Origin: an uncultured Gammaproteobacteria bacterium
Lineage (GTDB): Bacteria; Patescibacteriota; Patescibacteriia; 2-01-FULL-39-33
Assembly (NCBI GenBank): GCA_964361645.1
Contig: CAYIBK010000004.1
Coordinates: 1-54,761 of the forward strand
Length of the DNA stretch: 54,761 nucleotides
Reading direction: 5' to 3'
Position 1 is the first letter of the stretch. Every line of letters begins with the position of its first letter. The notes under the pieces were generated by a model that saw nothing but the letters and a program-made list of their open reading frames with translations, had not been told where the DNA came from and ran no database searches. Shown piece after piece: positions 52,658-54,761 of the stretch. The position numbers and the translations under genes are program-made.

Positions 52658-54058
52658 ATGGCGGATAATGTAATTATTAAAATACTTATGGCAAAAATTA
52701 ATCCATCAATTTTCAAAGAATACGATATTAGAGGAAAGTATCCTAGCGAAATAAATTTAAAAACTGCTTATTTATTGGGCAAAGCTTTTGCCATCTCACT
52801 TAAAGCCAAAAAAATAGCCGCCACCTGTGATCGCAGGCCAGAATCAGCCACTATTATGCCGGCTTTTTTTAGCGGTATTAAAGACGCTGGCTGCCAGATT
52901 TTTTATCTTGGCATCAATAGCACTCCAACTATGTTCTTTGCCATCAAAGATAAAAAATTGGACGGCGGCATATCACTAACCGCTTCGCATAACCCTATTG
53001 GCTATACTGGCCTAAAGTTATGTAATAAAAACGGATCCCTTTTGGGATTAAATACTGGAGTAAAAAAAATACAGCAACTGGCCGAAAAAATTATTCCTCC
53101 CAAAACAGAGGGTTTTAAATCAGTTAAAACCACCCCTATTGATATTGCCAATCATTACTACCAATTTGCCTCTAAAATTGCAGAGCTTAAAAAAATTAGT
53201 GGCTTCAAAATAATTTTAGACGCCAGTGGCGGATCTGGCACCAGATTGGCTGATTATTTTTTTGCCCGATTACATTCTAAAATAATAAAAATAAATTTTA
53301 AACCTAATGATCGGTTTATTGATCATGGGCCAAATCCGATGCTAGCTAAAAACCAAAAATCGGCCATTGAAGCAATTAAAAAATACCGAGCTGATTTAGC
53401 AATAATTTTTGACGGTGATGGGGATAGATGTATTTTTATTGATGAAAATGGTAAATTCATCAATCCTTATTACATCAACTGCCTGCTGTCAGAAATAATT
53501 TTAAAGAAATATAAAAAAACGGTCATAGCCATAGACGCCCGATTACAACTAGGGCTAAGTGAAGTAATAAAAAAATCTGGTGGCACACCTATAGTCAGCC
53601 GCAGCGGCTATGCTAATTTAGTTGATTTGATGCGAAATAGAAAAACCCTTTTCGGCTGTGAAAATTCGGGCCATTATTTCTTTAATTTCAGAATTATCGA
53701 TAAAAAAAATAATTATATTTTTGGTGATTCTATAATACCGATATTATTGATTTTAGAACACTTAAAAGAAAATAATCTTTCACTTTCAGAAGCCATAGAC
53801 GAATTCAAAAATAAATATTTTATCTCTGGTGAACTTAATTATGAAAATGTAAATTTTTCTACTTTAGAAAAAAAATTAGTTAAAAAATATGCCGGTTATA
53901 AAAAGGATAATTTGGACGGCTTATCAATTTACGGCCACAATTGGTTTATGAATATACGCCCCTCAAAAACCGAGCCGATAGTTAGACTTAATGTGGAGGC
54001 TAAAAACAAAGCCACTCTGGATAAAATTACTAAGGAGATAATTTCTTTGATTAAATAA
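52658..54058 (+). CDS. phosphomannomutase/phosphoglucomutase-family phosphohexomutase
   Basis: FKEYDIRG, the active-site TASHNPIGYTGLK, the metal site FDGDGDRCIF, and GCENSGH. The start could be the internal MAKINPS at 52688. Confidence 0.85.
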   Translation: MADNVIIKILMAKINPSIFKEYDIRGKYPSEINLKTAYLLGKAFAISLKAKKIAATCDRRPESATIMPAFFSGIKDAGCQIFYLGINSTPTMFFAIKDKKLDGGISLTASHNPIGYTGLKLCNKNGSLLGLNTGVKKIQQLAEKIIPPKTEGFKSVKTTPIDIANHYYQFASKIAELKKISGFKIILDASGGSGTRLADYFFARLHSKIIKINFKPNDRFIDHGPNPMLAKNQKSAIEAIKKYRADLAIIFDGDGDRCIFIDENGKFINPYYINCLLSEIILKKYKKTVIAIDARLQLGLSEVIKKSGGTPIVSRSGYANLVDLMRNRKTLFGCENSGHYFFNFRIIDKKNNYIFGDSIIPILLILEHLKENNLSLSEAIDEFKNKYFISGELNYENVNFSTLEKKLVKKYAGYKKDNLDGLSIYGHNWFMNIRPSKTEPIVRLNVEAKNKATLDKITKEIISLIK

Positions 54059-54102
54059 TCTACGCCGTTTGTCGGCTTCTATTTCCTCACTAGATATAAT
54101 AA

Positions 54103-54135
54103 TAAAAGACCTCAATTATTTGAGGTCTTTGTTGT
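54103..54135. terminator. bidirectional hairpin terminator
   Basis: AGACCTCAA-ttat-TTGAGGTCT, flanked by AAAA and TTGTTGTT. Confidence 0.65.
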
Positions 54136-54181
54136 TGGTGCGATTTTACATGAAATTATTAAAAATTAATCGTCGTCAGAA

Positions 54182-54304
54182 TCAAGCATAAGACTTGCAG
54201 GGCTTACAATTACACTTGCCACTGCCACCGCAATGTTTGCATGTGTATGTGGCATTGGGCCACTTGATGATGCCTTTACCACCACAATATTGACATTTAG
54301 CCAT
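54182..54304 (-). CDS. 40-aa DnaJ-type zinc-finger miniprotein (not in the ORF track)
   Basis: MAKCQYCGGKGIIKWPNATYTCKHCGGSGKCNCKPCKSYA, with two CxxCxGxG motifs. A perfect SD, AAGGAGGTG, lies 7 nt upstream of the ATG. Confidence 0.6.
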   Translation of the reverse strand: MAKCQYCGGKGIIKWPNATYTCKHCGGSGKCNCKPCKSYA

Positions 54305-54358
54305 TATACTCACCTCCTTTTTCTTTGGCATGTCTTGTTAATATTCAAATTTAATTTT

Positions 54359-54760
54359 TTACCAAGAAATTACTATTTTCTCTGCCTCTTCTTCCCAATC
54401 GCACACAGAGATAATTTTTAGTTTAAGGCCTTCGCGCTCACAAAATAGCTTTAACTTTGATAGGAATTGTAAGGAATAAATATATTTTATAAATCTTTGT
54501 TTTACTTCAATATCCATCATCGCGTCACGACGAAATTCTATAATACAATTAGTTTCATAATGAATTTTAAGTCCAATTTGTCTTCTTCCATGTCTAGCGG
54601 CCTCTAAAATTCGTCCCGGACATAGCTTAATAAATTCATCAACCCTTAGGTTCAAATTTATAATGACGCAATTAAGATGATCGCTTATTAACCTTTCTCT
54701 TTGTTCTTGTTTCCCCGGAAGTTTTACTAAAACTTCTCTGGCTTCTTCAGCTAAGTTCAT
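54359..54760 (-). CDS. hypothetical protein (133 aa), upstream of the zinc-finger miniprotein
   Basis: The ORF starts 1 nt from the window edge. No recognisable family. Confidence 0.5.
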   Translation of the reverse strand: MNLAEEAREVLVKLPGKQEQRERLISDHLNCVIINLNLRVDEFIKLCPGRILEAARHGRRQIGLKIHYETNCIIEFRRDAMMDIEVKQRFIKYIYSLQFLSKLKLFCEREGLKLKIISVCDWEEEAEKIVISW

Positions 54761-54761
54761 T

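Noticed and set aside
54233-54421. 62-aa plus-strand ORF
   Set aside because: It is antisense to the 40-codon zinc-finger gene, which has a perfect SD and a recognisable CxxCxGxG motif. The plus-strand product is hydrophobic low-complexity.
1-54761. Alternative genetic code (UGA recoding, as in some CPR lineages)
   Set aside because: All conserved genes, including the 3073-codon ORF, are uninterrupted under the standard code and end at ordinary stops, so nothing in the window requires recoding.

Overview
This is an AT-rich bacterial window. The gene content looks like a Candidate Phyla Radiation (Patescibacteria/Parcubacteria-like) genome; that placement is inferred from content only, with no search run. 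It has four parts.

(1) Positions 1-2600 hold a tRNA cluster on the minus strand: tRNA-Arg plus two tRNA-Ser. The locus is scrambled. One complete tRNA-Arg sits inside the D-loop of a second tRNA-Arg-like gene, and each tRNA is followed by decayed partial copies.

(2) Positions 2.7-23.4 kb form one co-directional minus-strand gene string. In transcription order it encodes:
- a thrombospondin-type-3 (TSP3) repeat protein
- a 3073-aa Cys-rich secreted giant protein with CBM-like and PKD-like modules
- a VirB6/TrbL-like polytopic membrane protein
- two unknown paralog-headed proteins
- an inserted four-helix-bundle gene
- a PrgI/VirB3-like protein
- a VirB4-like ATPase that appears split into two ORFs
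- a VirB8-like bitopic protein
- ComFC

This is a minimal T4SS-like core. No relaxase, coupling protein or integrase is present in the window.

(3) Housekeeping genes are rsmA, two MFS transporters, a FemAB-family transferase, leuS, efp, rpsF-ssb-rpsR, ychF, a DnaQ-like exonuclease, folD-glyA, a NUDIX hydrolase, a phosphohexomutase, and a divergent Elp3 / Trm9-like pair.

(4) Positions 35-44 kb form an accessory island. Four visibly GC-rich orphan genes each carry their own TTGACA-N17-TAnnnT promoter, Shine-Dalgarno site and hairpin terminator. They are interleaved with two Cys-rich membrane-anchored exoproteins (one with an M15/LAS peptidase motif), an IS200/RAYT-type transposase remnant, and dense nested palindromic repeats.

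Several palindromic repeat families recur across the window:
- A-type: gtcattgcgag...cgcaatgac hairpins
- B-type: the 20-bp perfect palindrome cctgcctgccggcaggcagg
- C-type: cccctcc...ggaggggttggggtggtt
- D-type: composite cgagcatatgaaaaatttagattaagcg arms

These repeats are nested in one another. They show filled and empty sites within the window, and they are inserted in-frame into leuS, the FemAB-family gene and elp3.

The best candidates for an undescribed system are:
- the T4SS-like/ComFC/giant-exoprotein operon
- the GC-rich self-contained cassette island
- the mobile 20-bp palindrome network, including the tRNA-in-tRNA locus

All functional calls rest on motif recognition by eye. No database search was run.
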